Below are positions 55,888 to 64,000 of a DNA stretch of 64,000 nt, piece by piece. Source of the stretch: Patescibacteria group bacterium (GTDB taxonomy: Bacteria > Patescibacteriota > Patescibacteriia > Buchananbacterales > UBA6539); contig JBAZSB010000001.1 of assembly GCA_041662625.1 (NCBI GenBank), positions 118,467-182,466 on the forward strand, in the 5' to 3' direction. Every line of letters begins with the position of its first letter. The first letter of the stretch is position 1. Below the pieces are notes generated by a model. The model saw only the letters and a list, made by a program, of their open reading frames with translations. It was not told the DNA's origin and did not search any database. Made by a program: the position numbers and the translations under genes.

Positions 55888-56004
55888 CCCGTTAGAGATA
55901 GGTCACGGCCAAAACCGTTACCTGTCTATTAGTTAGTTAAATAATATTTTTATCTTTAACCCGTTAAAATGTTTCCATCAATGCAACAGCAATCTCTAAC
56001 GGGA
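55888..56004. promoter_or_regulatory. 12-bp inverted repeat cccgttagagat ... atctctaacggg bracketing the 95-nt rpmJ-infA spacer
   Basis: Perfect 12-bp arms at 55888-99 and 55993-56004. Confidence 0.45.
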
Positions 56005-56013
56005 TTCATATCC

Positions 56014-56250
56014 TTAGTAACGGAAAGTAATACGGCCTTTGGTTAAATCATAAGGGGTCATTTGAATTTTGACTTTATCTCCTGGCAAAAGCCGAATTTT
56101 AAACATCCGCATTTTTCCGGACAGATGGGCCAAAACTTCGTGCCCATTTTCCAGCTTAACCCTAAAAGTGGCTGCTGGCAGTAATTCTATAACTTCTCCA
56201 TTAATTTCGATAAACTCTTTGCTGGGGGGAGTATTTTTGTTTTTTGCCAT
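56014..56250 (-). CDS. infA: Translation initiation factor IF-1
   Basis: S1-like OB fold sequence. Confidence 0.9.
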   Translation of the reverse strand: MAKNKNTPPSKEFIEINGEVIELLPAATFRVKLENGHEVLAHLSGKMRMFKIRLLPGDKVKIQMTPYDLTKGRITFRY

Positions 56251-56403
56251 AATTTAGATTGAATCCCTGGCTGTGGATATGGGATTATGCCCGATTAAAT
56301 GGCTCATTTAGAAAAAATAAAATTCTTGGCATCATCAGAAATCTTACTTTAGCCTAGAATTTTACCCAAAATAAGACAAATTTTATTTATCTTCACTAAA
56401 ATT

Positions 56404-56433
56404 ATTATAGTGGATTTGGATTTAATTTGTCAA
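56404..56433 (-). promoter_or_regulatory. Consensus sigma70 promoter TTGACA-N17-TATAAT for the infA-rpmJ-rpsM-rpsK-rpsD-rpoA-rplQ operon
   Basis: Perfect hexamers (rc of tgtcaa 56428-33 and attatag 56404-10). Confidence 0.7.
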
Positions 56434-56562
56434 TAATAGAATTATTCTATAGCAAACTCAGAAAAATGTCAACATAAAGGGAAAGGCCACCAGTTCAGCT
56501 TTTCCCTTTGTGGGGCTTACTTTGGTGGCCTTTGTGGGCGCAATGACGATGTTCCTTACCGG

Positions 56563-56865
56563 TTAGGCAAGGACAAGGGCGGGTTGTCCACTCGTCGTCG
56601 TGTCGGCGCCGTAATCGCCGCGGCCAGTGAAGAAAGTGGACATCACATCTTCCATATCCGCCAAGGGGCGGTTACCTTCGAAGACGGTCTTTTGGCCGGT
56701 AAACTTCTCCCAACTCGGGGATTTCTCGGCCTCGGCGAGGTCACTTTCGGTGGCGTGGTGGTGTGTGCACCCCGGCCTGATCCGGAGTATGAGTCCGTTG
56801 CTGTCCTTGGCCAGAAATACTGGCTTTCCATTATGGACATATAGGACTTCGATCTTGTACGGCAT
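56563..56865 (-). CDS. Hypothetical 100-aa protein in a GC-rich islet (paralogue A)
   Basis: SD agagaggag; MPYKIEVLYVHNGKPV...PGCTHHH; about 56% GC. Confidence 0.45.
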   Translation of the reverse strand: MPYKIEVLYVHNGKPVFLAKDSNGLILRIRPGCTHHHATESDLAEAEKSPSWEKFTGQKTVFEGNRPLADMEDVMSTFFTGRGDYGADTTTSGQPALVLA

Positions 56866-57075
56866 TAGTATTCTCCTCTCTTTCTTTGCTTCTGCTTCCG
56901 TTGAGACACACAAACCCAAATTGATAAGTGTATTATAGCAGATTATTATGGGTATGTCAATGGATTTTGAATAAAAATGGCTAAAATTAGATATTTTTGT
57001 TGATTTAAAGTAATAAAAAAACACCAGTCCAAGAGGAAAAACCCTGGACCGGCTTCAAAAGGTCAGAAATAAGAA

Positions 57076-57408
57076 TCAGTCGCTGCTGCAACTACCAGCA
57101 GGAACCGGCGTCGGCTGGTCACTTTGGTGATTGAAGTACACCGTCATGTGGCGGACCATGCAGCGCCGGGCTAAGAAAGTAAAGTCAGGGCTGACAATGC
57201 CCAGGCGCTCGGCGAATGCTTCAGCCGTGGTAAACTCGGGTGTTGTATCCGGGTTAACTGGAAACGCTGGTGAGCCCTCGTCAAAGACCTCAGGCTCGGG
57301 TTCTCCGGCCACAAGAACCATTAGACGGTGCTTTGTGGCCATTCCACCCATACTCTCCTCGACAAGGCAACTTCTTTGACCCGGGTTAACATAAAGAACC
57401 TTTAGCAT
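57076..57408 (-). CDS. Hypothetical 110-aa protein in a GC-rich islet (paralogue B, shares the VLYV(N/H)xG N-terminus)
   Basis: SD ggaggaaaag; TTGACA-17-TAATTT promoter upstream. Confidence 0.45.
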   Translation of the reverse strand: MLKVLYVNPGQRSCLVEESMGGMATKHRLMVLVAGEPEPEVFDEGSPAFPVNPDTTPEFTTAEAFAERLGIVSPDFTFLARRCMVRHMTVYFNHQSDQPTPVPAGSCSSD

Positions 57409-57509
57409 ATCTTTTCCTCCATCCCCGTTGGCTTGGGGAAATCTAGTTTTGCTGTGACTAGCTAGATAAATTATCACGGTAGGTATTTTTTGTCAAAAAT
57501 GAATAAAAC

Positions 57510-57563
57510 AAAAAAGGCACGAGGTCCCGGATTGAGTCTAAGATGACAATTGTGCCTTTTTTG
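57510..57563. terminator. Bidirectional hairpin terminator (aaggcac...gtgcctt flanked by A6/T6) after alaS
   Basis: 7-bp stem, runs on both sides. Confidence 0.5.
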
Positions 57564-57565
57564 GT

Positions 57566-59332
57566 TTATTCTAAGATTGCTTTGATTCTTCGGACGCCGG
57601 CGCTGCTGGATTCTTCTTTGAGGATTTTGAAATGCCCCAGCTCGCCGGTTGTTTTGGCATGCGGCCCGCCGCAGATTTCTTTACTGAATTCGCCGGCTGA
57701 GTAAACCTTTACTTTGTCGCCGTATTTATTTTCAAAAACACCCATTGCCCCTTTGGCTTTGGCTTGTTCTAAGCTTAACTCTTCGCAAACTACAGGCAGA
57801 TTTTTTTTGATTTGTTCATTAACGATATCTTCAACCTGCTTAATCTGTTCGGGTGTCATTTTTTCGCTGTGGGAAAAATCAAAGCGAATTCGTTCGGGAG
57901 TGATGTTTGAACCTTTTTGAAAAACATGGTCACCTAGAATTTGGCGCAGGGCGGCTAGCATTAAATGAGTGGCGGTGTGCATTTTCGCAGTTATCTCAGA
58001 ATTGTCAGCCAGTCCACCTTTGAATCGGCCTTCTGTGGCGGTGCGGGAAAGTTCCTGGTGTTTTTTAAATTCTTCGTTAAATCCGGCTTCGTCGATTTCT
58101 ATTCCTTTTTCTGCCGCCAGCTCCTTAGTTATTTCAAAAGGAAAACCGTAAGTGGAAAATAAAATAAAAGCTTCTTGACCGGAAATGCCGTCTTCAGACA
58201 TTTTTTCAAATTGTTTTAAACCATTCTCTAAAGTTTGGGAAAATTTTTCTTCTTCTCTGACTAGTTGCTCTTCAATGAAATCCTTATTCTTTTTTAATTC
58301 CGGATAATCAGCGCTGTATTCTTTTACCACAATTTTGGCAATAGCAAAAGTAAAGGGTTTATCAATGCCAATCATTTTGCCGTGGCGGATGGCCCGCCTG
58401 ATCAGCCGGCGCAAAACATAACCTTGGTCTAAGTTTGAAGGCACTATTCCCTTTTCATCACCCAGAATGAAAGTGGCGCTGCGCAAATGGTCAGCAATGA
58501 TCCGGATTGATTTCTCGCCTCGATTCGGAGTCGAAGCGGGTTCATTTTCAGTCTTAGCCAGCTTTTTTATTTCTTTAATGATTGGTGCAAATAACTCAGT
58601 AGTAAAGACATTATTTTGGCCATTTAATACCGCTAAGGTTCTTTCGACGCCCATGCCAGTATCAACATTTTTTTGCTTTAACTCCTCATACTTACCAGCA
58701 GCGGTTTTATTGTATTGCATAAATACATCATTCCAGATTTCCACCCAGCCGCTCTTATTGTCGCCTGTAAGCAGATCTGGCGGGTTACCTTTGCCGGTCC
58801 AATAAAACATTTCTGTGTCCGGACCGCAAGGACCAGTCTGGCCGGCTGGGCCCCACCAGTTGTCATTTTTGCCAAAAAAATAGATTCGGTTTTTTGGAAT
58901 ACCCATCTTCTGCCAGATCGCCGCTGACTCTTCATCTTTTGGCGCATCCGAGTCGCCGGCAAAGCAAGAGACAGCTAATTTTTCCAAAGGGATATTAAGT
59001 TCCTTGGTTAAAAATTCAAAGCTCCACTGGATCGCTTCTTTTTTCCAGTAGTCGCCCAGCGACCAGTTACCGAGCATCTCAAAGAAAGTCAAATGGACAT
59101 CATCGCCGACTTCATCAATATCACCGGTTCTGATGCATTTTTGGACATCAACTAATCTTTTGCCGGCTGGATGCTTTTCACCTAGTAAATAAGGCACGAG
59201 CGGATGCATGCCGGCATTGGTAAACAAAACCGTGGGGTCGTTTTCCGGAATCAAAGAAGCCGAAGGGATGATTGCATGGCCCTTTTCAGCAAAAAATTTA
59301 AGATATTTTTTCTTAAGTTCGTTGGCTTTCAT
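57566..59332 (-). CDS. alaS: Alanyl-tRNA synthetase, minimal form (catalytic + tRNA-recognition + editing domains; no C-Ala domain)
   Basis: AlaRS N-terminus, editing HxxxH and CGGPH motifs; only 588 aa. Confidence 0.85.
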   Translation of the reverse strand: MKANELKKKYLKFFAEKGHAIIPSASLIPENDPTVLFTNAGMHPLVPYLLGEKHPAGKRLVDVQKCIRTGDIDEVGDDVHLTFFEMLGNWSLGDYWKKEAIQWSFEFLTKELNIPLEKLAVSCFAGDSDAPKDEESAAIWQKMGIPKNRIYFFGKNDNWWGPAGQTGPCGPDTEMFYWTGKGNPPDLLTGDNKSGWVEIWNDVFMQYNKTAAGKYEELKQKNVDTGMGVERTLAVLNGQNNVFTTELFAPIIKEIKKLAKTENEPASTPNRGEKSIRIIADHLRSATFILGDEKGIVPSNLDQGYVLRRLIRRAIRHGKMIGIDKPFTFAIAKIVVKEYSADYPELKKNKDFIEEQLVREEEKFSQTLENGLKQFEKMSEDGISGQEAFILFSTYGFPFEITKELAAEKGIEIDEAGFNEEFKKHQELSRTATEGRFKGGLADNSEITAKMHTATHLMLAALRQILGDHVFQKGSNITPERIRFDFSHSEKMTPEQIKQVEDIVNEQIKKNLPVVCEELSLEQAKAKGAMGVFENKYGDKVKVYSAGEFSKEICGGPHAKTTGELGHFKILKEESSSAGVRRIKAILE

Positions 59333-59459
59333 ATTTGGATTTTAGCAGATACAGTAGTTATTTTCAAGCTGTTTAATTAAAAAAAGAACCTCGGCAACCA
59401 AAACCTTTTGGTCAGGCTGGAGAGGTGGATAGGAAAGGAATCACTTCGTCCCCCGTAGT

Positions 59460-59897
59460 CTATTTCTTTGTTCGCACGTGGATGACATCGAAGTACTCGG
59501 CGAGCTGATGGAACAGATCACTCGTCAGGTAGTAGACGTACTTGAGTTGGTCTGACTCTTTGAAATTGTTGAAGTCGACCATGGCGACTTTCTTCAAACC
59601 CTCCTGCTCAGAGTCAGGATAAACCACGAGTGTGTAAGTCGCCGAGTTGAAGGACATTTCGGTCAGATCAGCAGTCATCTGCTCGGGCGCAGATTCCCCT
59701 AATCGAATTCGCAGAATTGCTTGGCCAGGACCTTGTTTGACCAAGTCGAAACCCAGATCCCGGGTCTCCTCTGCTTTCTTTGCTGCCTCCTTTGCCTCCT
59801 TGCTCACGTTGGTCAGCGGCTGCTGGCTTTTGGTGCTAGCCAGGCAAAATCCAGCCAGGACAACCAACACCAGCGAAAGAACTGTTGCCTTTCTCAT
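59460..59897 (-). CDS. Secreted hypothetical protein (145 aa) in a GC-rich (about 52%) islet
   Basis: SD aaggaggg before MRKATVLSLVLVVLAGFCLA signal peptide; TTGACA-17-TAAGAT promoter. Confidence 0.5.
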   Translation of the reverse strand: MRKATVLSLVLVVLAGFCLASTKSQQPLTNVSKEAKEAAKKAEETRDLGFDLVKQGPGQAILRIRLGESAPEQMTADLTEMSFNSATYTLVVYPDSEQEGLKKVAMVDFNNFKESDQLKYVYYLTSDLFHQLAEYFDVIHVRTKK

Positions 59898-59994
59898 TTG
59901 AGGACCCTCCTTGTGTGACACGGCAGTTGTCTATCTATTCTTTGGCATCTTATGATTTATTAATTTGGATGTCAATATTGTATAAATTATTAAG

Positions 59995-61098
59995 TTAAAT
60001 TGAATTGATAACGCCGCCACCCAAAACCGTTTGGCCCTGGTAAAAAACTGCGGACTGGCCAGGCATGATAGCGCGCTGGGGTATTTTTAAAGTGACAATA
60101 TTTTTATTGATAGTACAAGGAATGGTTTTGGCTTGGTATCTGATTTTAACGCCAAACTTTTCGGACTTTTTTGGTGGTTGGCCCAAAATCCAGTTAAGCT
60201 CTTTAATCTTAAATTTTTTTGTATAAAGCAGTTTATCGTCGCGATTATTGGAAACAAATAAAGTATTAGTTTTGTAATCTAGCTTAACCACATAGAACGG
60301 GCCAATACCGCCGATTTTAATCCCCTGCCGCTGGCCCAAAGTATAAAGAGGCAAACCATCATGTTGGCCTAAAGCTTTGCCAGCCAGATTTTTGATTGGC
60401 CCCGGCTTTAATTTTAAATGGCGTTTTAAAAAAGGATAATGAGTCTTTTCCGGAATAAAACAAATTTCCTGGCTTTCAGCTTTTTGGTAGACTGGCAGCT
60501 TTAGTTTTTTTGCTATTGCTCTGACCTCGGTCTTGGTTAAATTACCCAGCGGGAAAAGTAAATGCTTAAGCTGATTTTGAGTTAAGGTGTATAGAAAATA
60601 GGACTGATCTTTTTGTTTGTCTTTGGCTGTTTTAAGAAAACAGAGACCAGAGATCAGAGATAAGTTTCTGTTTTCTGATTTCTGTTTTCTGATTTCTGCG
60701 TAGTGTCCTGTTGCCAGATAATCGCAACCAAGCATTTTCGCTTTTCGCAAAAGCAAATCAAACTTAATGAACTGATTGCAGCGGATGCAGGGATTTGGGG
60801 TTAAACCTTGCCGGTGTTTTCTTAGCCAGTCATCAACAACAGTCTTTTTAAATGGTTGCTGAAAATTTAAAGTATACAAAGGAAAGCCGATTTTATTAGC
60901 AACTCTTCTGGCATCATTATAGGCATCAGCTGAACAGCATTTATTTTCGATGTCGGTTTTTGTCTCGGTCCAAAATTTTAGGAAAATGCCAATACAATCA
61001 TAGCCTTGCTGTTTTAGCAAAGCTGCGGCCACCGATGAATCAACGCCGCCGGACATTGCTATTGCGATTTTTTTCCCTTTGTTTAGCTTTGTATCCAT
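59995..61098 (-). CDS. mnmA: tRNA-specific 2-thiouridylase MnmA (coding sequence includes an AGAAATCAGAAAAC x2 repeat)
   Basis: PP-loop SGGVDSS, catalytic Cys; 367 aa. Confidence 0.9.
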   Translation of the reverse strand: MDTKLNKGKKIAIAMSGGVDSSVAAALLKQQGYDCIGIFLKFWTETKTDIENKCCSADAYNDARRVANKIGFPLYTLNFQQPFKKTVVDDWLRKHRQGLTPNPCIRCNQFIKFDLLLRKAKMLGCDYLATGHYAEIRKQKSENRNLSLISGLCFLKTAKDKQKDQSYFLYTLTQNQLKHLLFPLGNLTKTEVRAIAKKLKLPVYQKAESQEICFIPEKTHYPFLKRHLKLKPGPIKNLAGKALGQHDGLPLYTLGQRQGIKIGGIGPFYVVKLDYKTNTLFVSNNRDDKLLYTKKFKIKELNWILGQPPKKSEKFGVKIRYQAKTIPCTINKNIVTLKIPQRAIMPGQSAVFYQGQTVLGGGVINSI

Positions 61099-61233
61099 AG
61101 TTAATTTATTTCGATTTTATGTCCGTCCCGAGCTTGTCGAGGGGCCGACATAGCAATGCAGACTTTTTTACCCCGATTTTTCATAATTTTATTATATCAA
61201 ATAAATGCTGATTAACGAAAAGTTTTCCGGCTC

Positions 61234-61262
61234 TTGACAGTTGTTTTGAGTTTGGCTAGAAT
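61234..61262 (+). promoter_or_regulatory. Promoter TTGACA-N17-TAGAAT for the small acidic-protein gene
   Basis: cTTGACAgttgttttgagtttggcTAGAAT. Confidence 0.6.
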
Positions 61263-61387
61263 ATTTTTATTGCCGAATGAAGCAAGTAAAATACAAAAAT
61301 CGATAACTAATTATTAAGGTTCTGGTTATCTTATTTTTTTGGCCTTTTTTCGAGCTTTTCTGCCAGAACTAAAAGGAGAAAATCTAA

Positions 61388-61546
61388 ATGATTTTCCAAG
61401 ATCAAGATGATGATTTAACCACCACTGATGAAGGCATGGATGAAGATGGTGGTGACGACGCCATGGGCGATGATGATATGGATGAAGACATGGATGATAT
61501 GGATGATGAAACTGCCGAAGGCGAAGAAGAAGCCGAAGTTGAATAG
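61388..61546 (+). CDS. Small highly acidic protein (52 aa, 50% Asp/Glu)
   Basis: SD aaaaggag 8 nt upstream; MIFQDQDDDLTTTDEGMDEDGGDDAMGDDDMDEDMDDMDDETAEGEEEAEVE; own promoter and terminator. Confidence 0.55.
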   Translation: MIFQDQDDDLTTTDEGMDEDGGDDAMGDDDMDEDMDDMDDETAEGEEEAEVE

Positions 61547-61580
61547 TTATCTAATCAAGAATCGAATTTCTTCAATTTTG

Positions 61581-61620
61581 AAAAATAGGAGCCAGGTTTC
61601 CCCGGCTCCTATTTTTATTT
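61581..61620. terminator. Bidirectional Rho-independent terminator (ggagccagg tttcc ccggctcc flanked by A5/T5)
   Basis: GC stem with runs on both sides. Confidence 0.65.
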
Positions 61621-61663
61621 ATTGTTGAGAGTAATAATTTAAAATAAAAAGTCGTCCAGATTT

Positions 61664-61800
61664 TTCTCCTCCAAAGCCACTATTTTCTAATAATGAACTT
61701 GGAGGAGAGGAGCTGGTATACACGCTATCGCATGTTACGTCAGCTCCCCAATACTTTCGGACTCGTTTCGCTCGCTTCAGCCAATCGGCTGATTAGCGGG
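61664..61800. repeat. About 130-bp structured direct repeat, copy 1, immediately 3' of the stop codon of the minus-strand gene 61806-62036
   Basis: About 95% identical to 62270-62395; hairpins ctcctccaa...ttggaggag and ggagctg...cagctcc; 5-nt indel between copies destroys the apparent ORF. Confidence 0.8.
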
Positions 61801-61805
61801 AGGAA

Positions 61806-62036
61806 TCACTGGGCAACGGCCAGCGCATTGCGTTTTTCTATGCGCGCCAGCCTCTTGAAATACGCCCAAACCTCATCGCGGAGGTCCTGAAACTCACTGT
61901 TGCGCACGACCCCAATGAGGTCGCGTAACATGGGAGTCCACGTAATCGAATTCCAGGACTTCATGTTACTTTGCAGGTATTCACACCCGCAGTTCTCGTC
62001 ACAATCGTGACATGGGGTAGAACACTGAAATGCCAT
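61806..62036 (-). CDS. Small Cys-rich protein (76 aa; CSTPCHDCDENCGC at the N-terminus), possible metal-binding module
   Basis: SD agaggag; GC about 52%. Confidence 0.45.
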   Translation of the reverse strand: MAFQCSTPCHDCDENCGCEYLQSNMKSWNSITWTPMLRDLIGVVRNSEFQDLRDEVWAYFKRLARIEKRNALAVAQ

Positions 62037-62269
62037 CTCTATATCTCCTCTGTAGAGATTCCGGCTAAGAATAGCCGTGTCTACCTCCGGGTTGACAACC
62101 CATCATCAGTAGACTGACAATCTGCCCTGGCTCCCTATGAACCCGGGGTACTGAATCGCCTGGACAGTGGCGCATTTTTCCAAATTTTCTCGCATTACTG
62201 GCGAGAGGTTTAGGGAAGTATTTTCCCCAAGCTTCTCACCAGTAACTAAGAAATCTTGTAAAGAACTAT

Positions 62270-62395
62270 TCTCCTCCAAACCCACTATTTTCTAATAATG
62301 AACTTGGAGGAGAGGAGCTGGTATACACGCTATCGCATGTTACGTCAGCTCCCCAATACTTTCGGACTCGTTCCGCTCAGCCAATCGGCTGAGGA
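62270..62395. repeat. About 130-bp structured direct repeat, copy 2, starting right after the stop codon of gene 62414-62983
   Basis: See copy 1. Confidence 0.8.
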
Positions 62396-62413
62396 GCAGG
62401 AGGAGTCACCGAC

Positions 62414-62983
62414 TCACAGATTCCGGCATGCCTTTAGGCATGCGACGAACTCTTTGTTCCAGCTCATGTCGCTGTAATACCTGCCTCCCCAGACCCTTTT
62501 GGTTGTTGGAGAAGCGATAAGGCATTCAAGCTCATGGCGGAACTTTTCCTTTACCTCAGGGTGGTCAATTCCCACCGTTGATGCAAAGGTAAGAGCCTCG
62601 GGCTCAGACAAAACTTCAAGCGTTTGCCGGGCCAACTTCTCGTAGAGGAGATCACTGGAGGCAAGAGGATTTTGCCTACCAATGTAGAGGAAGAATATCT
62701 CCAGGGCGTGCGCAATCAGAGTTCGGTCAAAATTCTTGTCTCGCAATACCCTGTCGAGAAAGAAGCTTTCTCCATCGGTGATGAGACAATAACCCTCTCT
62801 GTTGCGGATGGAAATCAGCTCCTTCATAGCTTCTGCTGCCCCTCTCAATTGGACGCAGTTGTAGAGGAACTGATTGCGGTTATTGTATTCCCGCCGCATT
62901 TTGTCTACAAACTTCAATGCCGCCCAAAAGCCCAATACCGCGCCTACTATCAGCGCTACCACAACCACTATCAAAGTACCCAT
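62414..62983 (-). CDS. Hypothetical protein with one N-terminal TM helix and a 160-aa cytoplasmic domain (189 aa)
   Basis: SD gggag; promoter TTGACA-N17-TATATT at 63106-63134; GC about 52%. Confidence 0.5.
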   Translation of the reverse strand: MGTLIVVVVALIVGAVLGFWAALKFVDKMRREYNNRNQFLYNCVQLRGAAEAMKELISIRNREGYCLITDGESFFLDRVLRDKNFDRTLIAHALEIFFLYIGRQNPLASSDLLYEKLARQTLEVLSEPEALTFASTVGIDHPEVKEKFRHELECLIASPTTKRVWGGRYYSDMSWNKEFVACLKACRNL

Positions 62984-63105
62984 CGTTTTTCTCCCGCGTC
63001 ACTCGTAAGTGCCGCTTTTGTATGCCTTTTTTAACTCGGACGTATCCGGTTAGCGTGCGTACACGCAGGCATTGGCCACCATTGGATCTGTTCCAATGAT
63101 TTGTT

Positions 63106-63134
63106 AATATAGCATATTTTAAAGAATATGTCAA
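63106..63134 (-). promoter_or_regulatory. Promoter TTGACA-N17-TATATT for gene 62414-62983
   Basis: rc of tgtcaa 63129-34 and aatata 63106-11. Confidence 0.55.
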
Positions 63135-63216
63135 TAAAATTGGAATAGTTTTATCTAAAATTAGCCAAAAATAAAAAACTCCTATTTACAGAGTTTAAGG
63201 GTTTTTGGCTAATTTA

Positions 63217-64000
63217 TTAAATTTTTATCAATTCCACGGCGACGCCGGCCAAAAACATGATGATTATCAGATAGACCAAAATTTTAGGCAGATTGATTTG
63301 GTAGGTTGGCTTAAGCTGGCCGGTCTTTTTGGCTTTCTTGTGGATCAAAAAAACCAGGATGCCATCAATGCCCATAGTCACGGCGCCGGTGAAACCGATG
63401 ATGGCGATGAAATCTTTTAGCCCAATGAGGTATAAAAGTAAAGGAATAAAAGTGGCCAGGACCCAGGCGCTGAAATGGGAGAATTTTAGATCATACCAAA
63501 ATATTTTTTTGATGGTTAGCCCGACATTGATGTAAGAAGTAAAAACGGCCAAAGTGCCGAGTAAAAAACCGGCAATCAGAATTTTTTCACCCAAAAAAAG
63601 CTTTAAGCCGCTTAAGGCATCAGGTGTTGTAGTTGAGCCGCAGACGCCCAAGATAAAAAAGATAAAAATCAGGTAAATAAAAGCCGGAATCAGTGAGCCG
63701 GCAATAATAACGCTTTTAAGTTTTTTACTTTCATTGCCTAAAATTTCTCGGACTTCAGGAATAATCGACATGCCGGACAGGGCGAACAAAATCACGCCAT
63801 AAGGCAGGAAGAAGTTGGTAAGTTGGAAAGTTTGTAAGTTGGTAAGTTGGATGTGAGGTAGGCTTTTAATTAGTAAAAAAATTAGGATACCAAAGAAAAC
63901 CATTAGATTAATCAAATCAGAGCGAGAAATAGCCTTGCTGCCCAAAAAAATTACTAGGCTAGCGATGAAGAAAAAGATCAAGACATAAATCAGTTCATTG
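63217..64000 (-). CDS. Partial CDS: C-terminal part of a polytopic transporter-like membrane protein (amino-acid permease-like); frame open past the window end
   Basis: At least 7 TM; the drawn ORF starts on TTG and the frame continues upstream to the window edge. Confidence 0.4.
   Translation of the reverse strand, partial: NELIYVLIFFFIASLVIFLGSKAISRSDLINLMVFFGILIFLLIKSLPHIQLTNLQTFQLTNFFLPYGVILFALSGMSIIPEVREILGNESKKLKSVIIAGSLIPAFIYLIFIFFILGVCGSTTTPDALSGLKLFLGEKILIAGFLLGTLAVFTSYINVGLTIKKIFWYDLKFSHFSAWVLATFIPLLLYLIGLKDFIAIIGFTGAVTMGIDGILVFLIHKKAKKTGQLKPTYQINLPKILVYLIIIMFLAGVAVELIKI

Noticed and set aside
61428-61628. 66-aa ORF (+) MKAWMKMVV...
   Set aside because: Wrong frame: the +1 frame starting at 61388 has a proper SD and encodes the acidic protein; this ORF also runs through the terminator.
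61693-61890. 65-aa ORF (+) starting inside the 130-bp repeat
   Set aside because: The second repeat copy carries a 5-nt indel that frameshifts it, so it is not a conserved coding sequence; it is also antisense to an SD-preceded gene.
61664-62395. Integron attC interpretation of the 130-bp repeats
   Set aside because: Kept only as an analogy: R''/R' core sites (RYYYAAC...GTTRRRY) are not recognisable and no integrase is in the window.

Overview
The window reads as a low-GC (about 35%) small-genome bacterium in the Patescibacteria/CPR style, using the standard genetic code (TAA, TAG and TGA all terminate genes). The AT-rich backbone carries recognisable core genes. On the + strand these are two GT2 glycosyltransferases sharing a duplicated leader, mreB, holB, frr, rseP, proS, a second mreB followed by mreC, mreD and mrdA, then greA, lysS, an mgtC-like gene, serS, alr, ddl, an ftsQ-like gene, def and fmt. 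On the - strand they are gltX, an M23 peptidase, a WecB/TagA transferase, ligT, a surface-polysaccharide cluster (GT2/GT4, Wzx-like flippase, O-antigen-ligase-like protein, rsuA, NUDIX), glutaredoxin, flavodoxin, TspO, and the ribosomal block rpsI-rplM/rplQ-rpoA-rpsD-rpsK-rpsM-rpmJ-infA, plus alaS and mnmA. RpoA lacks the alpha-CTD, and AlaRS and ProRS are minimal forms. No rRNA, tRNA or CRISPR array was found. What stands out is a dozen or more GC-rich islets (50-60% GC), each driven by a near-consensus TTGACA-N17-TAnnnT promoter. They encode either small, mostly single-TM proteins behind strong GGAGG ribosome-binding sites or hairpin-dense RNAs. The main ones are a 4-gene mini-protein cluster at 36.7-37.6 kb, a roughly 700-nt structured RNA candidate at 22.7-23.4 kb, small genes at 20.5-21.4 kb, paralogous proteins at 56.5-57.4 kb, an island at 41.8-43.3 kb, and a cassette-like pair of genes each followed by a roughly 130-bp structured direct repeat at 61.6-63.0 kb. 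Other noteworthy items are an SdpR/SdpI-like immunity module beside a small hydrophobic ORF and a nested-palindrome element, an AmmeMemoRadiSam radical-SAM/Memo-like pair, three intergenic repeat families, and (CCTAATY)n heptamers sitting exactly where the SD should be in three genes. No BLAST, HMM or Rfam searches could be run, so all functional calls rest on recognisable motifs.
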